A stretch of DNA of 64,000 bases, taken from NCBI GenBank assembly GCA_963739455.1, contig CAVUAK010000002.1, positions 288,001 through 352,000 on the forward strand, in the 5' to 3' direction. The translations under genes were made by a program, and so were the position numbers. Shown here in pieces: positions 10,235 through 20,505 of this stretch. The notes beneath the pieces were generated by a model. That model made no database searches. It was not told the origin of the DNA and was given only the letters and a program-made list of their open reading frames with translations. The DNA comes from an uncultured Gemmatimonadales bacterium. Lineage in GTDB: Bacteria; Gemmatimonadota; Gemmatimonadetes; Gemmatimonadales; GWC2-71-9. Position 1 is the first letter of the stretch. Each line of letters begins with the position of its first letter.

Positions 10235-11789
10235 CTAGAGGGGGATGTTTCCGTGCTTCCGGGACGGGTTCCGGTCCCGCTTTGTACGCAGGGTCTGGAG
10301 CGCCTCGATGAGGCGGGCGCGGGTCTCCCGGGGGTCGATCACGTCGTCCACGTAGCCCCGGGCAGCGGCAGCATAGGGGTGCGCAAACCGGGCCTGATAC
10401 TCCTCGCGTGAAGCGCGCCAGGGCGGCTGCGGGATCGGCCGCCTTGGCGATCTCGTCCCGGAAAAGGATCTCGACCGCGCCCTTGGCCCCCATCACCGCG
10501 ATCTCGGCAGTGGGCCAGGCGAGGTTCAGGTCGCCCCGGATGTGCTTCGAGCTCATCACGTCGTACGCACCGCCGTAGGCCTTCCGGGTGATGACCGTCA
10601 GCTTCGGCACCGTGGCTTCGCAGTAGGCATAGAGCAGCTTGGCACCGTGGCGGATGATGCCGCCATGCTCCTGTGCGACGCCGGGCAGGAACCCGGGCAC
10701 GTCCACGAAGGTGACGATCGGGATGTTGAAGCAGTCGCAGAAGCGGATGAAGCGCGCCGCCTTTGAGCTGGCGTTGATGTCGAGGACACCGGCGAGCACG
10801 GCCGGCTGGTTGGCGACGACGCCGACCGGACGCCCACCCAGCCGCGCGAAGCCGACGACGATGTTGTCGGCGAATCCCTTGTGCACCTCGAGGAAGTTTC
10901 CCTCGTCGGCGATGCGGTGAACCACGTCCAGCATGTCATACGGGCGCGTGGCACTGTCCGGGACGGCATCGAGCAGCGCCTCGTCGGCGCGGTCAGCCGG
11001 GTCGTCGGTGCCGCGCACCGGGGGATCATCGAGGTTGTTCGCCGGAAGGAAGCCGACGAGCTCGCGCACCGCACCCAGGCAGGCAGGCTCGGAGTCGAAG
11101 CTGAAGTGGGAGACACCGGACACGGTGCCATGGACGTCGGCACCGCCGAGGTCGTTGAAGGTCACGTCCTCGTGCGTCACCGTCTTCACGACGTTGGGCC
11201 CGGTGACGAACATGTAGCTCACGTCGCGCACCATGAACACGAAATCGGTGATGGCGGGACTGTACACGGCACCACCGGCGCAGGGCCCGAGGATGACGGA
11301 GATCTGTGGCACCACGCCCGATGCGAGCGTGTTGCGCAGGAAGATCTCGGCATAACCGCCGAGCGAGACGACGCCCTCCTGGATCCGCGCGCCGCCGGAA
11401 TCGTTCAGCCCGATGATCGGCGCGCCATTCCGCACCGCGAGGTCCATCACCTTGCAGATCTTCTCGGCGTGTGCCTCGGAGAGCGAGCCGCCAAAGACCG
11501 TGAAGTCCTGCGAGTAGACGTAGACGAGCCGCCCGTCGATGCGGCCCCACCCGGCCACGACACCGTCCCCGGGGTAGACCTGCTCCGCCAGACCGAAATC
11601 AGTCGACCGGTGGGTCACGAAGCGATCGAGTTCCGTGAAGGTGCCCGGATCAAGCAGCAGGTCGAGCCGCTCCCGCGCCGTGAGCTTGCCCTTCTTGTGC
11701 TGCTGCGCCACGCGCGCCGGCCCCCCGCCCTGCTCGGCGGCGGCGCGGCGATGGTGCAGGTCGTCGAGAAGGTCGCGAGGTGAGGGCAT
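10235..11789 (-). CDS. pccB: Acyl-CoA (propionyl-CoA-like) carboxylase carboxyltransferase beta subunit (frameshift near C-terminus)
   Basis: [47 protein letters not shown]; true end [12 protein letters not shown] at 10235. Confidence 0.92.
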
Positions 11790-11841
11790 TGGGGAGGGGA
11801 CGGGGGAAAGGTGAGTGCCGGAAGCGGAAGTTACTCCCCCC

Positions 11842-11973
11842 GGCGAGTTCCTCAAGACGCTCAAGGACTTCCCGCCTCGACCGAAGCCGACCAGTTTCAG
11901 CATCAGAAGCGCACCGCATCTGGCAACCCGGCATCGCATCAGATGGCATCAGCCGCGAGCAAGGAGCGAATAG
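11842..11973 (+). pseudogene. Arylsulfatase C-terminal remnant
   Basis: Manual translation [21 protein letters not shown]...TAG, resembling the arylsulfatase tail FLxTFKEFPPRQKPASFSI; abuts the FGE gene; no upstream body. Confidence 0.6.
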
Positions 11974-11975
11974 AC

Positions 11976-12935
11976 GTGACAGGTTCGAACCTGATGAACG
12001 ACGCGCCCCCGGCGCCGGGCATGAACTGGGTCCCCGGTGGCACGTTCCGCATGGGGTCGGATGCCCACTACCCGGAGGAGCGGCCTGCGCATCCGGCGTC
12101 GGTGGATGGATTCTGGATCGACGAGCGTCCGGTGACCAACGCGCTCTTCCGGGCATTCGTGGAAGCGACCGGGCACGTCACGTCGGCGGAGGTCGTGCCC
12201 GACCCTGCCGACTATCCCGGTGCACTGCCGGAGATGCTGTACGCCGGGTCGATGGTCTTTATCCGGCCTCCCACGAAGGTGGACCGGCGCAACATCGGCA
12301 ACTGGTGGCACTTCCTGAAGGGAGCCAACTGGCGCGAGCCGCAGGGACCGGGAAGCTCTATCGAGGGGAAGGATCAGCACCCCGTGGTGCACGTGGCGTT
12401 CGCCGACGCAGAGGCCTTCGCGCGCTGGGCGGGCAAGGAGTTGCCGACGGAGGCGGAGTGGGAATTCGCGGCGCGAGGTGGCCTCGACGGTGCCGCCTAC
12501 GCCTGGGGTGACGAGTTCATGCCGGGCGGGCGCTACATGGCCAATACCTGGCAGGGCGAGTTTCCCTGGGAAGCCCTCGGGAGCGATGGGTTCGAGGGTA
12601 CCTCTCCGATAGGCGCATTCGACCCGAATGGCTACGGGCTGTACGACATGATCGGCAACGTATGGGAGTGGACCACGGACTGGTACTCGACCCGGCATCC
12701 TGAGGCGCCAGGCCATGCGTGCTGCGCGCCGCGGAACCCTCGAGGCGGTCCAGTGGAGGAGAGCCTCGACCCGAACCTGCCGGCCATCAAGATCCCTCGC
12801 AAGGTGATCAAGGGTGGCTCGCACCTCTGCGCGCCGAACTACTGCCGCCGCTACAGGCCGGCCGCGCGCTTCCCCGAGCCGGTCGACACCTCCACCAGCC
12901 ACCTCGGCTTTCGGTGCATCGTGCGACCGGCCTGA
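11976..12935 (+). CDS. Formylglycine-generating enzyme (sulfatase-modifying factor)
   Basis: FRMGSD, HPVVHVAF, LPTEAEWEFAARGG, NGYGLYDMIGNVWEW, KGGSHLCAPNYCRRYRPAAR with both catalytic Cys, HLGFRC; AAGGAG then GTG at 11976. Confidence 0.93.
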   Translation: MTGSNLMNDAPPAPGMNWVPGGTFRMGSDAHYPEERPAHPASVDGFWIDERPVTNALFRAFVEATGHVTSAEVVPDPADYPGALPEMLYAGSMVFIRPPTKVDRRNIGNWWHFLKGANWREPQGPGSSIEGKDQHPVVHVAFADAEAFARWAGKELPTEAEWEFAARGGLDGAAYAWGDEFMPGGRYMANTWQGEFPWEALGSDGFEGTSPIGAFDPNGYGLYDMIGNVWEWTTDWYSTRHPEAPGHACCAPRNPRGGPVEESLDPNLPAIKIPRKVIKGGSHLCAPNYCRRYRPAARFPEPVDTSTSHLGFRCIVRPA

Positions 12936-12973
12936 AACGGAAGCGGGAGGCCCCCATTCTGGGAACCTCCCGC
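12935..12973 (-). terminator. Intrinsic terminator between convergent rpsA and FGE
   Basis: GCGGGAGG...CCTCCCGC stem followed by TTCCGTTT on the minus strand. Confidence 0.6.
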
Positions 12974-13003
12974 TCACCGCTCACCGCGTACGCGGTAGCA
13001 GTC

Positions 13004-14710
13004 CTACATCTCGTCTGGCGGGATCTCGAGCTTCGGCACGGTGATCCACTCGCCCTCGGGATACCCGATCGCCGCGAGCACGATGCGGTGATGAATCGGG
13101 TCCACCTCGAGCACCTTCAGGTCCACCGGCTGGCCTTCCTTCACGGCATCGCCCGGGTTCTCGAGATCGGGAACGCCGAGCTGCGAGATAGGGACGAAGC
13201 CTTCGATGTCATTGCCGCAGTCCACGACGACGCCCTTGTCCATGAGGCGGACGACGTGACCCTTGAGCTCCATGCCGATCGGGTAGGTCTCGCCGATCTT
13301 GAGCCACGGATCCTCTTCCGCCTGCTTGAGGCCGAGGGAAATCCGCTTGTTGTCGGCGTCGATGTTCAGGATCACGACGTCGACTGCGTCGCCCTTCTTC
13401 ACCACTTCCGACGGGTGCTGGACCCGCTTGGTCCATGACATGTCGGAGATGTGGATCAGGCCGTCGATGCCCGGCTCGATTTCCACGAAGGCACCGAAGC
13501 TGGTGAGGTTCCGCACCTTGCCGGCGATGCGCGTGCCGACCGGGTACTTGAGCGGCAGCACCATCCACGGATCCTGCTCGGTCTGCTTCATGCCGAGGGA
13601 GATCTTCTCCTCGGTCTCGTCGACCTTGAGCACCACTGCCTCGATCGTCTCGCCGATGCTGACGATCTTCGACGGATGGCGCACGTTCCGCGTCCAGCTC
13701 ATCTCGGAGATGTGCACCAGGCCCTCGATGCCGGGCTCGAGCTCGACGAACGCGCCGTAGTTGGTGATGGAAACCACCTTGCCCTGCACGCGCGTGCCGA
13801 CCGGGTACTTCGCCGCGACGTTCTGCCACGGGTAGTTCTGCAGCTGCTTCATGCCGAGCGAGATCCGCTCACGCTGCCAGTCGATGTCGAGCACCTTGAC
13901 CTCGACCTCGTGGCCGATCTGCACCATCTCGGTCGGGTGCGATACGCGGCCGTATGACATGTCGGTGATGTGGAGCAGGCCGTCGACGCCGCCGAGATCG
14001 ATGAATGCACCGAAATCGGTGATGTTCTTGACGATGCCCTTCCGCACCTGCGCCACCGCCAGCTCCTTCATCAGGAACTCGCGCTTGTGCGCCCGCTCGT
14101 TCTCCAGGATGACACGGCGGCTGACGACGATGTTCCGCCGGCGCTTGTTGAGCTTGATGATCTTGAACTCGAACGACTGCCCGAGCAGGTCGTCGATGTT
14201 CGGCACCCGGCGAAGCGCGATCTGGCTGCCGGGGAGGAACGCGTCGACGCCCATGAGGTCGACCACGACGCCGCCCTTGATCTTCTTCTTGAGCGAACCC
14301 TGCACCGGCTGGTCGCTCTCGTAGGCCACGCGGATCTTCTCCCACACGCGCATGAAGTCGGCCTTCTTCTTGGAGAGCACGACCGCGCCCTCCGCATCCT
14401 CGAGGTGCTCGAGGAACACTTCGACTTCATCGCCTTCCTTCAGGTCCTGCGGATTGTTGAACTCGTCCAGCGGCACCGAGCCTTCCGACTTGAAGCCGAC
14501 GTCCAGGATGACGGCATTGTCGGTGACGCGGAGGACCTTCGACTTGACGATCTCGCCCTCGACGATGGACGCCATGGTCCCCTCGTACAGGGACAGCATC
14601 GTCTCGTAGTCGGAGTCGGAATACTCCTCGTCGTAGAGGTCCTGGCGGACGCGAAGTCCGGTCGGCGTGGCGAACTGCTTGAGGTCGGTGGTGGTGTCCT
14701 GGTCAATCAT
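13004..14710 (-). CDS. rpsA: 30S ribosomal protein S1
   Basis: Repeated S1 domains (DVGFKSEG, AFLPGSQ, FGAFIDLGGVDGLLHITDMS, YGAFVELEPGIEGLVHISEMSW); ATG at 14710. Confidence 0.98.
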   Translation of the reverse strand: MIDQDTTTDLKQFATPTGLRVRQDLYDEEYSDSDYETMLSLYEGTMASIVEGEIVKSKVLRVTDNAVILDVGFKSEGSVPLDEFNNPQDLKEGDEVEVFLEHLEDAEGAVVLSKKKADFMRVWEKIRVAYESDQPVQGSLKKKIKGGVVVDLMGVDAFLPGSQIALRRVPNIDDLLGQSFEFKIIKLNKRRRNIVVSRRVILENERAHKREFLMKELAVAQVRKGIVKNITDFGAFIDLGGVDGLLHITDMSYGRVSHPTEMVQIGHEVEVKVLDIDWQRERISLGMKQLQNYPWQNVAAKYPVGTRVQGKVVSITNYGAFVELEPGIEGLVHISEMSWTRNVRHPSKIVSIGETIEAVVLKVDETEEKISLGMKQTEQDPWMVLPLKYPVGTRIAGKVRNLTSFGAFVEIEPGIDGLIHISDMSWTKRVQHPSEVVKKGDAVDVVILNIDADNKRISLGLKQAEEDPWLKIGETYPIGMELKGHVVRLMDKGVVVDCGNDIEGFVPISQLGVPDLENPGDAVKEGQPVDLKVLEVDPIHHRIVLAAIGYPEGEWITVPKLEIPPDEM

Positions 14711-14854
14711 TGCGGATTCAGTTCCTTGCTGTCGTCCGCGGCACCCCGGGAGGGCGGGCGCAACGGGCTGGGGTGAAAAAGGCCCTGAACGCGGAAGTGC
14801 GCCCAGAGCCCTAGAAGCTACCAGCGTTTCAGCCCGTTCGGAAGCCACCTGATG

Positions 14855-16026
14855 CTACATCAGCATGTGCTTTGCAACGTCGACCAGGTCCGCGAACGAC
14901 ACCTGCCGCAGGATGATGGGAAGGAAGGGCAGGACCGTCGCCACCAGCAGGGGCAGGAAGTCCTTGATCTCGATGGGGATCGGGCGCATTTCCACCACGT
15001 GGCCCACCACGCTGAACAGGTCCGCGGTCGTCGAGAAGTCGGGAACGGCGAGGGCGTCCGGGGTCAGGTCACCCGCCTTGGCGAGCCAGCGCTCCTCCAG
15101 GCGGGAGCCAAGCTGAGGTAGCGAGGGCGCCATAGGTCAGTTCCGCATCGTCTTGGGCGTCCCGCATCGGCTTCACGAAAGCCAGGAGCGGGCCGGCACA
15201 AATCAGGAGAATGAAGACCATTGTTGCCACGACGACCGGCGTCAACGTCGTCGTGCTGCGGCTGTCGTAGATCACCAGGTTGGCCAGCGTGCCGGCGATG
15301 GCGCTGCCGAACGCCAGGGCAAGCAGTGGAAAGGCCCGCAGTGATTGCCCGAGAAATGCGAGACCCCCCGCCTTGTCGGGATGGGACGCGACGATCCGCA
15401 CATCCATGTGCGCAATAGCGCCGCAGGCAGCGCATCCAGAGGAACAAGCGCCAGAACCAGGTCAGCAGCAGCGACATGAACAGGGGTTGGCTCACCAGGA
15501 GGCGCCACCAGCCGGCGTACGAGACACTGCGCCCGGTTTCGCCGCCGATGAGCAGCCAGTTCGCCGCGCCATACGAGATCCATGCCCGCGCTGACGCCAG
15601 TGTCATCGTGTAGGCCAGGACGAGGACGGCCAGCAACACCAGCTTCGAGCCGAGCAGGTTCCGGGTAGAGGTGAGGAGCGCGGTGAAGTCCGCCTGTCGG
15701 GAGGGCGGAATAAGCCGCGCCTCAATGAAATGACCCAGCACCCGGGTGAGCCACAGCCGGGCCGGCGCTTCAGCGATGACGAGCAGTGGAACCGCCACAA
15801 GGAAGCGGGTGTACGCCGCGAAATCCTGCAGCAGCGACGCCTGGCCCGTCCCGATCGCCAACCCCTGCAGCTGGGCGAGCACGGCCAGGGGAACCCAGGC
15901 CACGAGCACTGCAAGCAATGCCCGGCGCAGGACCGCCTTGTCCGCACCCGCAGGCAGGCGCAGGGCGTGCAGGAGGGACTGGAAGGGACCGGTGCCGAAC
16001 GGATCTGCGGTACCGGGATCAGTCAC
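14855..16026 (-). CDS. Multi-pass inner-membrane hypothetical protein (two frameshifts)
   Basis: Hydrophobic segments across ORFs 15064..16209, 15069..15407 and 14855..15133; HPDKAGGLAFLG and MRPIPI motifs. Confidence 0.7.
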
Positions 16027-16028
16027 GG

Positions 16029-16862
16029 CTACTTCTTCTCCTCGGGCTTGTGCGCATTCGGGTACAGCAGGGCGAAGATGATGCGGAGCTGGCTCGACGG
16101 ACCGTTGTCGGGATGCACCACATTGTAGTAGTACTGGACGCCGAGGTTGATGGGCCGCCGGCCCAACACCTGGGTTCGCGTAATACCGAGGCCGAGCGGA
16201 ACGGTCCATTCCTGGCCCGACGGCGCCGACCAGTTGGCCGTGATGATCGGCCCGGTGGCGATGGCCCAGCCCTTCCCGAAGTTGTAGTTGATGAAGGGCT
16301 GGATCAGGAGTTGGTTCACCTCAGGGTCCCCGCCAGCGTCGGCAAAGGTCCACAGCTGATTGGCCAGAAGGCCAATTACCCAACTGCCCCTCATCGTGAG
16401 GGCGACGGCCGTCGGGCCCACAGCCCACGAGCCGGTGCGGAAGAGCGGGTTCGTCGCAGCAGGCACCGAGAACTCCGGACCAATACCCCAAATGATCTTC
16501 CCTGGATGGGCCGGCGACAGAAATGTCTGGAAGATGATGTCTCCGATGCCGCCGACCTGTCCGCCATCCGGCGTGGGACTGCTGAGGTAGGGAACGATGG
16601 TCCGCGCGATCACGGTCCAGTCGGGCGTCACCTTGATCGGGATGACAGGCTGGATATTCAGGTTGAACAGGGTGCCATCCCCGAGACCTCCACCAGTGTT
16701 GAAGTTGAACTGGAACGGAACCGTGATCAGGTCGGCCACCGGGTTCTGCGTTTGCATGGCCAGTGCCGTGGCGTCAATGGCTGGCTTCTGCTGCGCCGCC
16801 AGCGCACTCGCCGCGAGGAGCATGCAGCCGGTGAATACTGTCGCACTCCGCACAATCCGCAT
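16029..16862 (-). CDS. Outer-membrane beta-barrel, MetA-pathway/'neuromedin U'-annotated transporter-like family
   Basis: Signal peptide, QNPVADLITVPFQFN, LNIQPVIP, QPFINYN, WTVPLG; alternating beta-strand pattern; GGAGG RBS. Confidence 0.8.
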   Translation of the reverse strand: MRIVRSATVFTGCMLLAASALAAQQKPAIDATALAMQTQNPVADLITVPFQFNFNTGGGLGDGTLFNLNIQPVIPIKVTPDWTVIARTIVPYLSSPTPDGGQVGGIGDIIFQTFLSPAHPGKIIWGIGPEFSVPAATNPLFRTGSWAVGPTAVALTMRGSWVIGLLANQLWTFADAGGDPEVNQLLIQPFINYNFGKGWAIATGPIITANWSAPSGQEWTVPLGLGITRTQVLGRRPINLGVQYYYNVVHPDNGPSSQLRIIFALLYPNAHKPEEKK

Positions 16863-16964
16863 TACTGCCTCCCATGAATCCCGTGCCGTGACGCAGGCAA
16901 CGCGCCCCCGAATGACCGCGGATGATGCACCTGCACGGCTCGCTTGTCGAGTGATACCAAGGAC

Positions 16965-17666
16965 CTACTCGGAAAGCACGCGCCGCGCGGCCGCGACGAT
17001 CTCGCGCACCTGCTCCGAGAACGTGAGGGAGGTCGTGTCAACTTCCACCGCGTCCTCTGCCCGGCGAAGCGGCGCCACCGACCGGGAGGCGTCGGCGCGG
17101 TCGCGGAGCGCGAGCCGCTCCGCCTCGCGCGCGAGCTCCTCAGCGTCGACCGCGGTGCCGCGCTGCTCAAGCCGGCGCCTCGCCCGCGCTTCCGGGCTCG
17201 CGGTGAGGAACACCTTGAGGTCGGCATCGGGAAAGACGACGGTGCCGATGTCGCGACCATCCACCACGACGCCGACGCCGGCGCGCGCCAGCTCGCGAAG
17301 TTTCGCGTTGATCCACTCCCGCACCACCGGCACCGCTGATACCGCCGACACGTGCGAGGTGACGAGCGTTGTTCGCAAGTCGGCGTCGGCTGGGGCGCCA
17401 TCGAGATAGGCGGCGAAACCGGCGCCGTCTGGCTGCAGCATCAGGCCGCGGTCCTCTGCGCGGCGCAGCACCGAGTCGAAGGCCAGCGCGAGCGGATTGT
17501 CCACGCCGGCCCGAGCCGCTTCCTCGAGCGCCACGTGGGTAATGGCGCGATAGAGCGCGCCCGAATCGAGGTGCCCGAACCCCAGTGCTTCGGCCACCGC
17601 GCGCGCGGTGCTCGATTTCCCCGATGCCGCCGGGCCATCGATGGCGACGATGCCGCGGCGCATCAT
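16965..17666 (-). CDS. cmk: Cytidylate kinase
   Basis: AIDGPAASGKSS, LDSGALYR, DGRDIGTVVFPDA, FLTASPEARARRR. Confidence 0.97.
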   Translation of the reverse strand: MMRRGIVAIDGPAASGKSSTARAVAEALGFGHLDSGALYRAITHVALEEAARAGVDNPLALAFDSVLRRAEDRGLMLQPDGAGFAAYLDGAPADADLRTTLVTSHVSAVSAVPVVREWINAKLRELARAGVGVVVDGRDIGTVVFPDADLKVFLTASPEARARRRLEQRGTAVDAEELAREAERLALRDRADASRSVAPLRRAEDAVEVDTTSLTFSEQVREIVAAARRVLSE

Positions 17667-18934
17667 GTCCCGCGCACCCTGATACTCGCGAGGGTCTCGC
17701 GGAACCGGGGGAAGCTCACGTCGGCGCAGCGCATGTCGTCGATGGCAATGCGCGCCCCGGGAACGGTGCCGAGCACCGCGAACGCCATGGCAAGGCGGTG
17801 GTCTCCCTCCGTGCGCACCCGTCCCGATGGCACCTGGTCAGACCCGCTGACATGCAGGTCATCACCCTGCACTTCGGCCTGTACACCCACGGCGCGGAGG
17901 TTCGTCGCCATCAGGCCGAGTCGGTCGCTCTCCTTTACCCGGAGCTCGCCGACATCGTGAAATACCGTGGTGCCGGCCGCCCTCGAGGCCACCACGGCGA
18001 GCAATGGAATTTCGTCAATCAATCCGGGAATCTCTCCCGCACTCACGTCGGTCCCGCGAAGCGAGCCCGGTGCCACCACCAGGTCACCCACCGGTTCGTC
18101 GAACTCCGTCGTCACCGACTCGATGCGTGGCGTTGCACCCATGCGCTGCAGCACCGCCAGGAACCCGATCCGTGTCGGGTTGATTCCCACGCCGGTAATG
18201 CGGAGTTCCCCGCCCTCGGCGATCAGTGCGGCACCCGCCAGGAAGGCGGCTGACGACGGATCGCCGGGCACCTGGAGGTCGAATGGCTCGATCCTGCCCG
18301 TCGGTGACATCTCGATCCACCCGTCGGCTGCGTCGTCGACCCTGTACCCGAACGCGCGCAGCAGGCGCTCGGTATGGTCGCGGGAGCGGCCGAATGGCTC
18401 GCGAATCGCAACCTCTACACTTCCAGTCACGCCAGCGAGCAGAAGGCAGCTCTTGATCTGGGCACTCGAGACCGGCTGTTCGTACCGGATGGCCCGAAGT
18501 GAACCGCCCTTGATGGTGAGTGGCAGTCCATCATCGTGCATCTCGGAGAAGCGCGCCCCCATCTGGGAGAGCGGAACCGTGACGCGCCGCATCGGCCGGC
18601 GCCGCAGCGAGCGGTCGCCAGTCAGGGTGGCCGCGAAACGGTGACCCGCGAGCATACCCAGGAGCAATCGCGTGGTGGTGCCGGAATTGCCGCAGTCGAG
18701 AATACCCTCAGCACGACGGAGGCGGCCGCGCCCCTGGATTTCGATGACACTTCCGGCGCGGAGTGCGGAGATACCGACGCCGAGCTGGCGCAGTACCCGC
18801 GCGCTCGAGCGGGCGTCAAGCGACGTCAGCGCGCCGCCGACATGGCTTCGCCCCTTCGCGAGCGCGCCGAAGAGGAGCGCGCGATGCGTAATGCTCTTGT
18901 CGCCGGGGACTCGTACGCTACCGTGCACCCTCAT
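17663..18934 (-). CDS. aroA: EPSP synthase (class II)
   Basis: VPGDKSITHR, CGNSGTTTR, SAQIKS, RDHTER, ELRVKESDR, DHRLAM; ATG at 18934. Confidence 0.96.
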   Translation of the reverse strand: MRVHGSVRVPGDKSITHRALLFGALAKGRSHVGGALTSLDARSSARVLRQLGVGISALRAGSVIEIQGRGRLRRAEGILDCGNSGTTTRLLLGMLAGHRFAATLTGDRSLRRRPMRRVTVPLSQMGARFSEMHDDGLPLTIKGGSLRAIRYEQPVSSAQIKSCLLLAGVTGSVEVAIREPFGRSRDHTERLLRAFGYRVDDAADGWIEMSPTGRIEPFDLQVPGDPSSAAFLAGAALIAEGGELRITGVGINPTRIGFLAVLQRMGATPRIESVTTEFDEPVGDLVVAPGSLRGTDVSAGEIPGLIDEIPLLAVVASRAAGTTVFHDVGELRVKESDRLGLMATNLRAVGVQAEVQGDDLHVSGSDQVPSGRVRTEGDHRLAMAFAVLGTVPGARIAIDDMRCADVSFPRFRETLASIRVRGT

Positions 18935-19801
18935 CGATCCAGGCCCTTCCGGAACGCGACGCCCCGCGCCAGGAAATCCTTGACGCCGGCCGCGTCGCGT
19001 GAAGCGACCAGGGCGCGAAGTTGTTCCAGCGCCGCGCCAGCCTGCGCCAGCGCCTCGGCTACCGGGCCACTGTTCGCCAGGAAGATCTCGGCCCACAGCT
19101 CGGGATCGCTCGCCGCGAGCCGGGTGGTGTCGCGCCCCCCTGAGCCGAACGACACGCCACCAAGTGCGCGCGCGCCAAGTGCCACGGCCAGTGCGGATGA
19201 CACTGCCTGCGGAAGGTGACTTGTCCAGGCAAGCTGGATGTCGTGCGCGGCGGCATCGATGGTCACCACCTGCGATTCACCCACGAGCTTCCAGAAGCTG
19301 GCCACAGCCCGCGCGACACCGTCACCCTCGAGCGTCCCGGTGGGGCACACGTAGACGACGGCATTGCGGAAGAGGTCCGCACGCGCCGCGGCAAATCCGG
19401 TTTCATGCGTGCCGGCGAGCGGGTGTGCCCCGGCGAACCGGGCGGCGAGGCCCGCCGCCCGGGCCTGCTCGATCACCGGCGCCTTGATGCTTGCCACATC
19501 GGAGAGGATGGCGCCGGGCGCGAGCCATGACGATGCCCGCGCGATAAGTTCCAGCGTGGCCGACGGCGGGGTGGCGAGGACGACGAACGCGACACCGCGC
19601 GCCGCTCCCTGGGGGGAGTCCGCGCCCTCGGAGATTGCGCCGCGCTTGAGGGCCTCGATGACGTCCGCGGTCGAACGGGAGTAGCCGACCACGCGCTTGA
19701 CGCCCGCTTGCGTGGCACGCCATGCGAGCGACCCGCCAATGGCGCCGAGTCCGATGATGCCGATCGAGTCGGGAAGGATGGCAAAAATCCCGGGGTCGCA
19801 C
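18931..19801 (-). CDS. tyrA: Prephenate/arogenate dehydrogenase
   Basis: IGIIGLGAIGGSLA in frame upstream of ORF 18931..19692, DVASIK, HPLAGT, SHLPQ, RDTTRLA; probable GTG at 19801 with a homopolymer indel. Confidence 0.9.
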
Positions 19802-20004
19802 GTGTTGTGAGGTCACTGCCGACAGGTCCGAGCGGCAGTTGCCGCCGGACCGGAAGCATTGTAGCTATCGGCAGTTGCAGGCACAACGCGCAGCCCAATA
19901 TCGGTAATGGGAGATGGCCGGACAGCCGGGCCAGGATCTTGCTGACTCTGGGCCGGCTGGAGCATAGTCTGCAGCGCGACGTCCCCTTCGACACCAGAGA
20001 CCGA

Positions 20005-20505
20005 ATGACTGGATCAGCCAGCCGGCCGCAGTCCTCACGCAGTGCGCTCGCCGAGGCCTACGAGCAAGCCGTGAAGTCGGAGGCGGAAAAGAAGGCCCAG
20101 AGTCTCGCCGTACAACGCAAACGCTTCCGTACCCGGGTCGTCCTCCTCAGCCTGGCCTGGGTCATCATTGTTGGGTGTCTCGCGACTGTTGCATTGCACC
20201 CGGAGTGGTTCGGGCTCGGTGATGTCGCGGAAACGCCGAACGAGCGCGACGCGAACCTGCGGCTCACGCTGTATGTGGCCGGCCAGCAACTGGCGGCGTT
20301 CAAGAAACAGCGCGGCACGTTCCCGGATCGCCTGGCGGACGCCGGTACGTTTGCCCCGGGCCTGGTGTACGTGAAGACGCCGGACGGCGGCTATGTCCTC
20401 AAGCTCTCGCGCGGGGAGGACAGGGTCACGCTGACCTCCAAGGACTCGTTGAGCGCCTTCCTCAGTCCCAGCCTCACGCGCCTTGTGCAGCGCAGGGGGA
20501 AGTGA
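20005..20505 (+). CDS. Single-pass membrane protein with pilin/GspG-like globular domain
   Basis: ATG at 20005; basic stretch, one TM helix, then LAAFKKQRGTFPDRL; GTGA overlap with the next gene. Confidence 0.7.
   Translation: MTGSASRPQSSRSALAEAYEQAVKSEAEKKAQSLAVQRKRFRTRVVLLSLAWVIIVGCLATVALHPEWFGLGDVAETPNERDANLRLTLYVAGQQLAAFKKQRGTFPDRLADAGTFAPGLVYVKTPDGGYVLKLSRGEDRVTLTSKDSLSAFLSPSLTRLVQRRGK

Noticed and set aside
11811..11975. tRNA-Sec or other ncRNA (starts GGAAGCGGAAG)
   Set aside because: No TCA anticodon arm or acceptor pairing; the region is better explained as a sulfatase tail
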